DNA of 64,000 bases, taken from positions 19,921 through 83,920 of the forward strand of contig CALXCJ010000001.1 in NCBI GenBank assembly GCA_944386775.1, read 5' to 3'. Positions 19,697 through 28,216 of this stretch are shown here, one piece after another; the stretch's first letter is position 1, and each line of letters opens with the position of its first letter. The DNA is from an uncultured Clostridia bacterium (GTDB taxonomy: Bacteria; Bacillota; Clostridia; TANB77; CAG-508). A model generated the notes under the pieces. That model saw nothing but the letters and a program-made list of their open reading frames with translations, made no database searches and was not told where the DNA came from. Made by a program: the position numbers and the translations under genes.

Positions 19697-21127
19697 TTAT
19701 TTTTCTTCTAATTTTTTTAGGTAAAATTCTTTTCGTTTTTGTATTTCTTTTAATTTTTCTTCTATTTCTTGAATTTGTATTTTTAATATATCTGTATTTA
19801 TGTTTATCTTTTTTTCTTCTTCTATTACATATTTTGTCACATTTAAATTACCCTCATTTTCTAAGACCTCTTTTACAGATGCTAAGTAGCTTATACCTGA
19901 AACCGTTTTTCTTGCTTTTAGTATGTTTGTTATTTTTCCAATATGAATATCTTCAAATTTATTTTTATATCTTGTTTTTGTATATTGTTTTGAAGCATCT
20001 ATAAATAATACATCATTGTGTTTTTTATTTTTGTTAAATATTATTATACATGTTTTTATTAATGTAGTTCTAAACATATTTGCTGGTAGTAATATTATTG
20101 TTTCTATTATATTTTCCTTTAACATATTTTTTCTTATCTCTTCTTCTGTTCCTCCTCTAGACAATACCCCAAGTGGCATTATAACTACCATTTTACCAGT
20201 ATCATTTAATGAATGTAACATTGTTTGTATAAATGCATAATCTGATTTTGATGCTGGTGGGATTCCGTATTGATATATATTGTCATAGCCTAAATACATG
20301 TTTTCATTTATTATTTCTTTTATATTATTTTGTGCAGAAAATGGTAAATTTCCCACAATTAAATCAAATTTTTCCATAGAAATATTTTGGTATATTGTAT
20401 TTCCTTTGTAAAATTTTGCATCATATATATTATGTAGTAAAAAATTTAATTTACAGAAAAGTAGAATTTGTATATTATTGTCTTGCAGAGTCATTTCTAC
20501 TTTATAATTTACTTTTTTAGCAACTTGAAGTAATAATCCTCCAGATCCACAAGTTAGGTCTGCTAAATGTTCTCCTTCCTTAATATTTATAATATTTGAT
20601 ATTAGTTTTGAAACATCTGGTGGTGTAAAATCATTTTCAGAATTTATGTTTGATGTTTTTGCTTCTATATTAAAATTAAATGGAATATTTTCTATTAGTT
20701 CTATTAGTTCATTTTGTTCTTCTTTTTTTGTTATTGCTAAAAAATTAAAATTTAAAATTTCTATTATATTTCTTAGTGTTTCATTTTCTATTTTATTAAA
20801 ATCTATTTCTGTAAAAATTCCTTTTAGAATTGGGTTTAGTCTTTCAAATTGCATAAAATAATAATTTAAGAAATATCCTATACCAGGAAGTCTTATTTTT
20901 GCATATATATCTTCCCAGCTCCCTTCTATTATTATAGGTTGATTTTTCATAAGCCTTTCTATATTTTGGTGAGGATATTTTTTTTCGTATTCATTTTTTT
21001 TGTATTGTGTCGTATCAAAAATAATTTTTATATACATAAGTGAATATATGTATATTAGTTGATCTATATATTTGTATTTATTTGTTTGACTTATTAAGTC
21101 TTGTATTGTTTTAGAAATTTTATGCAT
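19697..21127 (-). CDS. hsdM: Type I restriction-modification N6-adenine DNA methyltransferase subunit (HsdM-like); motif IV reads NLPF rather than NPPF
   Basis: LADLTCGSGGLLL (motif I), VGNLPFSAQ (motif IV variant), GKMVVIMPLGVLSRGGTEEEIRKNMLKENIIETIILLPANMF (HsdM C-terminal block). Confidence 0.8.
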   Translation of the reverse strand: MHKISKTIQDLISQTNKYKYIDQLIYIYSLMYIKIIFDTTQYKKNEYEKKYPHQNIERLMKNQPIIIEGSWEDIYAKIRLPGIGYFLNYYFMQFERLNPILKGIFTEIDFNKIENETLRNIIEILNFNFLAITKKEEQNELIELIENIPFNFNIEAKTSNINSENDFTPPDVSKLISNIINIKEGEHLADLTCGSGGLLLQVAKKVNYKVEMTLQDNNIQILLFCKLNFLLHNIYDAKFYKGNTIYQNISMEKFDLIVGNLPFSAQNNIKEIINENMYLGYDNIYQYGIPPASKSDYAFIQTMLHSLNDTGKMVVIMPLGVLSRGGTEEEIRKNMLKENIIETIILLPANMFRTTLIKTCIIIFNKNKKHNDVLFIDASKQYTKTRYKNKFEDIHIGKITNILKARKTVSGISYLASVKEVLENEGNLNVTKYVIEEEKKININTDILKIQIQEIEEKLKEIQKRKEFYLKKLEEK

Positions 21128-21152
21128 AATTATATCCCTCTTCTTTTATTTT

Positions 21153-21734
21153 TTAATTTTTTATTGCTTCTTCTAATATGCTTTCAAATTCTTTTTCTTT
21201 TAACTGTATTAGTTTTTCTGATAACTTTTTTTCTTCTATATATATTTCAGCAAGTTTTGCTATTTCATATTGCTTTTCTAGTGTTGGAATTGGTATTTGT
21301 ATATTTTTTAGTGATTTTGTATTTATGGTTTCTATTACTGTTCCATTTGCTTCTTTTCTTATTTGTTCTTTTGCTTTTTCCGAATTTAAATAAATTTTTA
21401 CATATTCGGGTAGTATTTCTTCTAGTTTCATCCTTATTACTGCAATTAGTGATGGAATTAGTATGTTTTCATATTTTTTTTCAATATATACTGAGGTATA
21501 CGGATTACTTAAACGTATTAATATATCTCCTTCTTTTGTTAATAATTTGGAGTCTATTTCTGTTTTGCTGTTAAATGTATCTATTGATGAGTCGCAAATT
21601 GTTCCATCTTTTTCTATGCTTGATAATTGAAAAACACGGTAAATTTTTGCTATTTCACCTTTTGCAATTTTTCTACTTAGGACTTGTCCTGTTCGAATAT
21701 CTGCTATTTCTTCTAGTTTCATTTGTTTTGTCAT
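21153..21734 (-). CDS. hsdS: Type I restriction specificity subunit, half-size (single TRD)
   Basis: 193 aa. LEEIADIRTGQ N-terminal motif and conserved C-terminal region IPIPTLEKQYEIAKLAE. Confidence 0.75.
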   Translation of the reverse strand: MTKQMKLEEIADIRTGQVLSRKIAKGEIAKIYRVFQLSSIEKDGTICDSSIDTFNSKTEIDSKLLTKEGDILIRLSNPYTSVYIEKKYENILIPSLIAVIRMKLEEILPEYVKIYLNSEKAKEQIRKEANGTVIETINTKSLKNIQIPIPTLEKQYEIAKLAEIYIEEKKLSEKLIQLKEKEFESILEEAIKN

Positions 21735-22081
21735 TTGCTTTGCCCCTTCTTTTAATTTTTTATTTTAAATACTATATTGTGTTATTTTTTATATAATGCA
21801 TATTATAAGTTATTAGATATTTTTTGTCAATTGCATTTTAGAAATTTTTCAAAGTTTTTCGAAGTTTTTCGAAATTTTTAGAATTTTTTAGAAGATTTTT
21901 TTCTTATCTTTTTTAGTGAGGATGTCTAAAATAGGAACCAAAAAAGAAGAAAATTCAGCTTGCTACCAAAAAGAACAGAGCAAAATGGCAATTAAAAAAA
22001 TTGCCATTTTGCTCCATTCTTTGTGAACTCTTTGGCAACCTTTTAGCAAACTTTTGGCATAAAAAAAAGGGACACTTCCCT

Positions 22082-22345
22082 TTAACTTTTTGTTTTTAGA
22101 TGACTATATTTTAATTTTGTTGCCATTCCTCCTCTTATGTGCCTTTCCGCTTTGTTTTCGTCTAAGATTATTCTAACTTGTTTTGCTAGACTTGGGTTTA
22201 TTTTTATAAGTCGTTCTGATACATCTTTGTGTACTGTGCTTTTACTTATCCCAAATTTTTTGGCAGCTCCCCTTACCGTGTCTTTTGAATCTATTATATA
22301 ATGAGCAAGTTCTATTGCCCTTTCTTCAATTGATTCATTAATCAT
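22082..22345 (-). CDS. spoIIID: stage III sporulation protein D (mother-cell transcription factor)
   Basis: ...TVRGAAKKFGISKSTVHKDVSERLIKINPSLAKQVRIILDENKAERHIRGGMATKLKY matches B. subtilis SpoIIID. A terminator hairpin aagggacacttccctt follows the stop. Confidence 0.85.
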   Translation of the reverse strand: MINESIEERAIELAHYIIDSKDTVRGAAKKFGISKSTVHKDVSERLIKINPSLAKQVRIILDENKAERHIRGGMATKLKYSHLKTKS

Positions 22346-22483
22346 TGCTTTAACTCCTTTATGAGAATACTTTTGTTTAATTGTATTCTTGTTTTTATGG
22401 AGTTAGAACTTATTTATTTTATATTGTATATAGAAAAAACTACTTCTGTTTTTGGAAGTAGTTTTAATTTGTATTTTATTTAA

Positions 22484-23521
22484 TTATTTCACATCATCAT
22501 ATTTCCTATATCTTAAATATGCAATTATTGATACAACTAATGCAACTAATATGAATATAATCATAGAAGCTTGTCCTGTTTTTGGTAAGTCCCTATTTGC
22601 TACTGTATTATCAACTACATTATTACTTACATTCTGATTATTGTTATTTGCAATATTATTATTAATATTGTTAATTGTATTTCCATTTACATTATTATTT
22701 GCTGCACTATTATTTCCATCATCATCTATTTTAATTTCTGTTGAATAAATTTGGTTCTTATAATAAGTATCTTGACCAACATCTAATCTTGCCCATAATA
22801 TAAAGTGTACAGTTTGAGATGAATTTACTGCAATTCCACTTGTTTGCAAATCTATTTCTCCATTTTCTGTTTCAATCCATTTTGTATTATCATAATCTGG
22901 TAGCATATTATTATAGTCTGTAACATATTGTTGTAGTTTTTGGTTTATTTCTCCTACTCTTGTATTATAATCATCTATTTTGGTTTGTAATAATTGATAA
23001 GCTTGTAATGTTTCATCAGAGCTTGGGTCTTGTTCATTTTTTGCATTATAGTCATCTCTTAATTCTTCTATCTCTGCTTTTAATTGTTTTAGTTCTTCTG
23101 ATGCATTTTTGTAATATTTGTCATGTTCATCTAAAATTTTTACAATTTGCTCATAATCTATATTGCTTATTTGAATAGTTTGGTAATATAAAGTATAGTT
23201 ACTTACTTCTTCATCTATTCTTATTGTTCCCTTTCCACCACTAATCATTATTGGCAAACTGATGTAATTGTTTGGATCTAAATCTTCTTCTTCATTTTCC
23301 TGATTACTTTCTTCTTGATTTTCTTCATTATTTGGGTCTAGAGTTTCATCTATGTTGTCTTCTACTTCTCCATCTGCTCCTAAAGTAATTTTTGAAAAGT
23401 TTTCATTTGATAACCCTTCAATTTCTGTTCCTACAGAAGATGCTAAAACTTGACCTGACATAAATACTATTAAAAGCAGCATTGTTATCAAATAAATTAT
23501 TAAAATTTTACTCTTATTCAT
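22484..23521 (-). CDS. LPXTG-anchored surface protein with acidic and Asn-rich low-complexity regions
   Basis: N-terminal signal peptide; C-terminal LPKTG followed by a hydrophobic segment and RYRKYDDVK tail (sortase signal). Confidence 0.7.
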   Translation of the reverse strand: MNKSKILIIYLITMLLLIVFMSGQVLASSVGTEIEGLSNENFSKITLGADGEVEDNIDETLDPNNEENQEESNQENEEEDLDPNNYISLPIMISGGKGTIRIDEEVSNYTLYYQTIQISNIDYEQIVKILDEHDKYYKNASEELKQLKAEIEELRDDYNAKNEQDPSSDETLQAYQLLQTKIDDYNTRVGEINQKLQQYVTDYNNMLPDYDNTKWIETENGEIDLQTSGIAVNSSQTVHFILWARLDVGQDTYYKNQIYSTEIKIDDDGNNSAANNNVNGNTINNINNNIANNNNQNVSNNVVDNTVANRDLPKTGQASMIIFILVALVVSIIAYLRYRKYDDVK

Positions 23522-23702
23522 TCGTTATTCCTCCTACTTAAATTTTTAGTTTTCTATTGTATTAATTATTTTATATTTATTTTTTTAATTTGTAAATAGT
23601 TTTTTTATATTTTTTTTAGCAAAAGAAAAGTACTTAAAAAGTATACTTATATCACATCTTTTTGCAAGACGGTACACTTATTACGTACTTTTCTACTTTT
23701 TA

Positions 23703-24050
23703 TTATTCTAGTCCAAAACTCACTCCTAAGGCATCATTTATTTTATTCATTACACTTTCATCTTCGATATGACCTATTTTTTCTTTGAGTCTACTCTTAT
23801 CTATAGTCCTTATTTGCTCTGCTAAAATAACTGAATCACTTTTTAAACCACAGTCTTTTGATTCTATTTCTATATGTGTTGGCAGCTTTGTTTTACTCAT
23901 TTGTGATGTTATTGCAGCTGCAATTACTGTAGGACTATATTTATTTCCCAAGTCATTTTGTATTATTACTACAGGTCTTATGCCTCCTTGTTCTGAACCA
24001 ATTACCGGACTTAAATCGGCATAAAACATATCTCCTCTTTTTATTACCAT
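23703..24050 (-). CDS. mazF: MazF/PemK-family endoribonuclease toxin (EndoA/NdoA-like), no adjacent antitoxin ORF
   Basis: [49 protein letters not shown]...LPTHIEI...[17 protein letters not shown] is about 70 percent identical to B. subtilis EndoA. ATG start at 24050 with GGAGTG RBS. Confidence 0.85.
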   Translation of the reverse strand: MVIKRGDMFYADLSPVIGSEQGGIRPVVIIQNDLGNKYSPTVIAAAITSQMSKTKLPTHIEIESKDCGLKSDSVILAEQIRTIDKSRLKEKIGHIEDESVMNKINDALGVSFGLE

Positions 24051-24143
24051 TTTTTTCACTCCAATTGAAATTTATTGTCAAGCAATTTCAAATATTAGTT
24101 TGAAGTAAAATATTTTTATCTATTTTAGTAGTTTGTCATAATT

Positions 24144-24842
24144 TTATATATTTACCTCAATATATATTATGTTGATTTTTTCAATTTTGTTAGTCCCTGT
24201 AATTTCCATTTTTTCTGGTTTTCCTGTTTTTTTGTTTATAAATAGTTTTTTATTTTTTACATATGTATTAGAATCATTTGAAGTTACAGTCATTATTATA
24301 TAATCTCCTGCTTCTTCATACATTGCCTCTTTTTCATTTTTATATTCTTTTATAAATACTGATAAATCTAATACATTATCTGTTATTACTTGGTAATTTT
24401 CAAATACTTTTACTAAATTTAAATTTGTATTTTCTATACTTAATTTATTTTCTTGTTTTATTATTTTTACTCCTGCAATATTTTTTGGCTCTAATACTTC
24501 TTGATAATTATTATTTTCATCTATGTAATTTTGTTTTATTTTATATTTATTAGTATTTTTATTACTATAAACTTCTACTTCAATTGTTGCATCATACTTA
24601 CTAATATTTAAAATATTATTTACAATTTCTTGACTATTAGTATTATTTCCAATTTTCATATTTTTAGCCGTATTTTTTTGAAAAATTTTTGAAAAAATGA
24701 TTAATAAAGCTGCTATAATAATTATTATACAAATAAAAAATATCCAAATGATTTTTTTATTTTTCAAGACTATCCCTCCTATTTTAGTTTTACTACTAAA
24801 ATAGTATTCTTTGAAAATTAAAATATTCATTGTTACATTCAC
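24144..24842 (-). CDS. hypothetical N-terminally membrane-anchored protein
   Basis: 232 aa with one TM helix near the N-terminus; no family recognised. Confidence 0.4.
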   Translation of the reverse strand: MNVTMNILIFKEYYFSSKTKIGGIVLKNKKIIWIFFICIIIIIAALLIIFSKIFQKNTAKNMKIGNNTNSQEIVNNILNISKYDATIEVEVYSNKNTNKYKIKQNYIDENNNYQEVLEPKNIAGVKIIKQENKLSIENTNLNLVKVFENYQVITDNVLDLSVFIKEYKNEKEAMYEEAGDYIIMTVTSNDSNTYVKNKKLFINKKTGKPEKMEITGTNKIEKINIIYIEVNI

Positions 24843-24861
24843 AGTCGTAATTTTAAAATGT

Positions 24862-25078
24862 AGAGTAGCCCTTAAAGGCTTTATTTATATAAAATTTATA
24901 TAATGACGAATGCTACCCTCGTGATTGTAGCCCTTCTTAATATAAAATAAATGAGGAAGCGCGAAGGATGCAAGCGAGATTTTCGTTTGTTTTATATTTA
25001 GAAGGGCTAAATCACTTTATTTCGCCGAGGAATGGAATAAATTTTATATAAATAAAGCCTTTGAGGGCGGTCTGTTTT
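24862..25078. ncRNA. candidate structured RNA / nested inverted-repeat element with GC-rich core (identity unknown; 6S-like or SRP-like not verified)
   Basis: Outer 31-bp arms cccttaaaggctttatttatataaaattta / taaattttatataaataaagcctttgagggc. Inner arms tagcccttcttaatataaaa / tttatatttagaagggcta. Core gaggaagcgcgaaggatgcaagcgag is unusually GC-rich for this genome. Confidence 0.3.
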
Positions 25079-25101
25079 AAGCCGTGAATTGTAACTATTC
25101 A

Positions 25102-26013
25102 TTAGATATTTTTAAAATATTCTTCTATTTTATTTATTAACTCTTCCTTATTTTCTATTTTATTTATTTCATTTCTAAATTCACTTGAATTTTTTAAATT
25201 TTTTGTATACCAAGATATTTGCTTTCTAAGTTCTCTTATTGCAACAATTTCTGGCTTTTCTTTAAGTTCATATTCTATATGTTTTTTTATAATTCTTAAT
25301 TTTTCTTTAGGTGAAATTTCTTCTAATTTTTCTCCTGTTTGTAAGTAGTAGATTATTCTTTTAAAAATCCAAGGATTTCCAAAACTGCCTCTTCCTATCA
25401 TTATGCCATCTACACCTGTTTCTTCAAACATTTTTAATGCTGTTTCTTCATTTATAATGTCTCCATTTCCTATTACTGGAATTTTTACTGATTGTTTTAC
25501 TTTTTTTATAATTTCCAAATCTACTTTTCCTGAATAGTATTCAGCTCTTGTTCTTCCATGTATTGTTATTGCTGAGACTCCCATTTGTTCTGCCATTTGT
25601 GCAAAGTCTTGAGCAACTATACTATTTGCGTCCCAGCCTTTTCTGATTTTTAGTGTTACAGGTTTTTTTGATTTTTTTACGACTTCTTTAATTATGTTTG
25701 AGGCTTTATTTATATCTTGTAATAGCCTGCTTCCATCTCCATTTTTTACAACCTTTGGAGCAGGACACCCCATGTTAATATCTACAATGTCTGCTACTTT
25801 ACTTACATATTCTGCTGCATATCCCATAACTTCTTCTTCGCTTCCAAAAATTTGTACTGATAATGGCTTTTCTTCTTCACTTGTTCTTAATAAACTTTTG
25901 GTTTTTGTATCATCATGAAAAATTGCTCTACTACTGCACATTTCTGTACAAACTAAACCTGCTCCAAATTCTTTGCATAGTTTTCTGAATGCATAATCTG
26001 TAATTCCAGCCAT
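25102..26013 (-). CDS. dusB: tRNA-dihydrouridine synthase (DusB-like). N-terminus probably extends about 20 codons upstream with a non-ATG start
   Basis: MAGITDYAFRKLCKEFGAGLVCTEM... The in-frame upstream LKKLKIGNVELENNIILAPMAG matches the Dus N-terminal consensus but has no ATG/GTG/TTG; only ATT occurs after the RBS aaggagagg. Confidence 0.8.
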   Translation of the reverse strand: MAGITDYAFRKLCKEFGAGLVCTEMCSSRAIFHDDTKTKSLLRTSEEEKPLSVQIFGSEEEVMGYAAEYVSKVADIVDINMGCPAPKVVKNGDGSRLLQDINKASNIIKEVVKKSKKPVTLKIRKGWDANSIVAQDFAQMAEQMGVSAITIHGRTRAEYYSGKVDLEIIKKVKQSVKIPVIGNGDIINEETALKMFEETGVDGIMIGRGSFGNPWIFKRIIYYLQTGEKLEEISPKEKLRIIKKHIEYELKEKPEIVAIRELRKQISWYTKNLKNSSEFRNEINKIENKEELINKIEEYFKNI

Positions 26014-26246
26014 TGGTGCTAATATTATATTATTTTCTAGTTCTACATTTCCTATTTTTAGTTTTTTTAAGTAAATTTTTCTTCCTCTCCTTTTAATTAC
26101 TTTTTATGTTTATATTAAATTTTCCAAAAGATTTTTAAAGTATCATATATTACATTTCCATAGTATTTTACTGTAAGTTATACATTATTCTTAAGAAAGA
26201 TTTTTTAGTCATAATTTATAATCATTAATATTTTTTAATTATTTAC

Positions 26247-27353
26247 TTACTTTACAAATATAGTCTTTTGCCTTTTTCCACTTATGTTTAAAAGAATTCC
26301 TAGCATTATAAAGTTTGTAATCATTGAGCTTCCTCCATAGCTTATAAATGGAAGAGGAACTCCCGTAATTGGTAACAAGCCCATTACCATACCTATATTT
26401 TCTAGTACGTGGAATATAAATATTCCGGCAATTCCTGATGCTATTATTGAGCCTATCTCGTCTTTAGCTGTTTTTGCTACATAAAATATTTTTGTTATGA
26501 AATATACATATAATATTATTATACTACCTGCTACTACAAAACCCATTTCTTCTCCTATTACAGAATATATAAAGTCTGTTGTTTTTGGGTATAAAAATCC
26601 AAGTTGTGTTTGGTTTCCTTTTAATAGTCCCATTCCTGTTAGGCCTCCTGCACCTATCGCAAGTTTTGATTGTATTATATTATATCCTGCTCCTCTTGGA
26701 TCTGATTCAGGGTTTAAAAATATGTCTATTCTTTCTTTTGCGTGTTCTGGTAATACGAAGTTGTATAGAAGTGGTACTGATACGGCTACTATTATAAATG
26801 TTGCTATAATATATTTTTTATCTATTCCTGATGTAAATAATATAATTGCTAAAGCTACTATAAATGCTGCTGCTGTACCATAGTCTGGCTCTAATACTAT
26901 TAATAATACTGGAAGTCCTACTGCAAGCAAGATTAATAATATTCTTGTTGGTTTATTAATATCTTCTTTATATCTTGATTGGATTTTAGATATGACAAAT
27001 GCCAAAAACAGTATTACAAATATTTTTGCAAATTCTCCAGGTTGAAAAGAAAAAGCACCTATATCGAACCAACTTGTAGCACCATTTATTGGTTTTGTGA
27101 ATAAAACTCCAATTAGCAAAATTATAATTACTCCATAACAAACAGGTGATATTTTTACTAATAACTCATAGTCTATGCACATTGTAATAATCATTGCTAC
27201 AATACTTACTATAACCCATATTATTTGCTTTTTAAATTCGTCATATTCTGTTTCTTGTGTAGCTGAAAATAGTGCAACTAATCCTATGGCTGATAGAATT
27301 ATTGCAACTATTAACAATCCCCATTCCATATTTTTTAATTCTCTTTTTCTCAA
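26247..27353 (-). CDS. rodA: SEDS-family peptidoglycan glycosyltransferase RodA/FtsW (likely RodA given minDE linkage)
   Basis: 368 aa, 10 TM helices; GLPVLLIVLEPDYGTA and PLPFISYGGSS are SEDS motifs. Start codon uncertain (TTG at 27353 or ATG at 27329). Confidence 0.8.
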   Translation of the reverse strand: MRKRELKNMEWGLLIVAIILSAIGLVALFSATQETEYDEFKKQIIWVIVSIVAMIITMCIDYELLVKISPVCYGVIIILLIGVLFTKPINGATSWFDIGAFSFQPGEFAKIFVILFLAFVISKIQSRYKEDINKPTRILLILLAVGLPVLLIVLEPDYGTAAAFIVALAIILFTSGIDKKYIIATFIIVAVSVPLLYNFVLPEHAKERIDIFLNPESDPRGAGYNIIQSKLAIGAGGLTGMGLLKGNQTQLGFLYPKTTDFIYSVIGEEMGFVVAGSIIILYVYFITKIFYVAKTAKDEIGSIIASGIAGIFIFHVLENIGMVMGLLPITGVPLPFISYGGSSMITNFIMLGILLNISGKRQKTIFVK

Positions 27354-27385
27354 TTAAATCACTCTTTTTCTTTATAATTTTTGAT

Positions 27386-28135
27386 TTAACTTGTACTTTT
27401 GCTTTTTGAATCTATGTTTTCAGCACTGTTTACATTGCTTGCATTTTTGTTTTTTTGCTCTATGTTTTTACCACTGTTTACATTACTTGTACCTTTATTT
27501 TTTTGCTCTATGCTTTCATTGCTGTTTACATTGCTTGCACCTTTGTTTTTTTGCTCTATATTTTCAGCGCTATTTCCATTGCTTGTACTTTTACTTTCTG
27601 AATCTGTTTTTTTAGTATTCACATTTTTATTGTTTTCATTGTTAGATTTTATATTACTAGTATTTTCATTACTATTATTTGCTTCAGTAGTATTTTGTTT
27701 ATCATTATTTCCATCTGAATTATTTACTTTTTGCTCATTTACCTCTACCGTTTTTTTATCAGTATTTTGTTTTGTTTGCTCTAGTGTACTTTTTTCTTTT
27801 TCTGTTTTGTCTATTTTATCAATTTTTCTTGCTTCATTTTTTATATTTAATATTGGAATGTTTGCATATAAAGCTGGTGCACCATTTGTACCATCTTCAT
27901 TTTCCTTATTTGTTAAGTGTACATCTATTGCTTCTTCATCAACATCTATATATTTTTTGATTACTTCTATTATTTCTTGTTTCATTAATTCTAAAAAATC
28001 TGCTGATACATTTGCTCTATCTTGCATTAACACTAAATGTAATCTTTCTTTTGCTGCAGTTTTTGAATTTGTTACTTCTTTTTTTTCTTCTTTTTTCCCT
28101 CTATTTTTAAAGAATTTTATTATGCTTTCAAACAT
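27386..28135 (-). CDS. minE: cell division topological specificity factor MinE with about 160-aa C-terminal K/N/S-rich repeat extension
   Basis: N-terminal MFESIIKFFKNRGKKEE...AKERLHLVLMQDRANVSADFLELMKQEIIEVIKKYIDVD is canonical MinE. The C-terminal half is tandem repeats (NIEQKNKGASNVNS...). Confidence 0.8.
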   Translation of the reverse strand: MFESIIKFFKNRGKKEEKKEVTNSKTAAKERLHLVLMQDRANVSADFLELMKQEIIEVIKKYIDVDEEAIDVHLTNKENEDGTNGAPALYANIPILNIKNEARKIDKIDKTEKEKSTLEQTKQNTDKKTVEVNEQKVNNSDGNNDKQNTTEANNSNENTSNIKSNNENNKNVNTKKTDSESKSTSNGNSAENIEQKNKGASNVNSNESIEQKNKGTSNVNSGKNIEQKNKNASNVNSAENIDSKSKSTS

Positions 28136-28216
28136 TCTTTCTTAACCTCCATAGTCTTTGTAACTTATATTTACTAAATTTAAAACTTATCTTTTGATAT
28201 GTATATTTTATTAATT

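Noticed and set aside
21978-22060. Sigma-54 promoter (TGGCA-N-GCA) reading of the repeat-family tail
   Set aside because: Spacing fits in one copy only (10 versus 9 nt) and no gene is positioned downstream in the correct orientation in copy A. Kept only as a note inside the repeat finding.
27399-28145. 248-aa plus-strand ORF antisense to minE
   Set aside because: Lies entirely opposite the minE repeat region, is extremely Leu/Phe/Ser-rich with no features, and is a typical shadow ORF of a low-complexity repeat.
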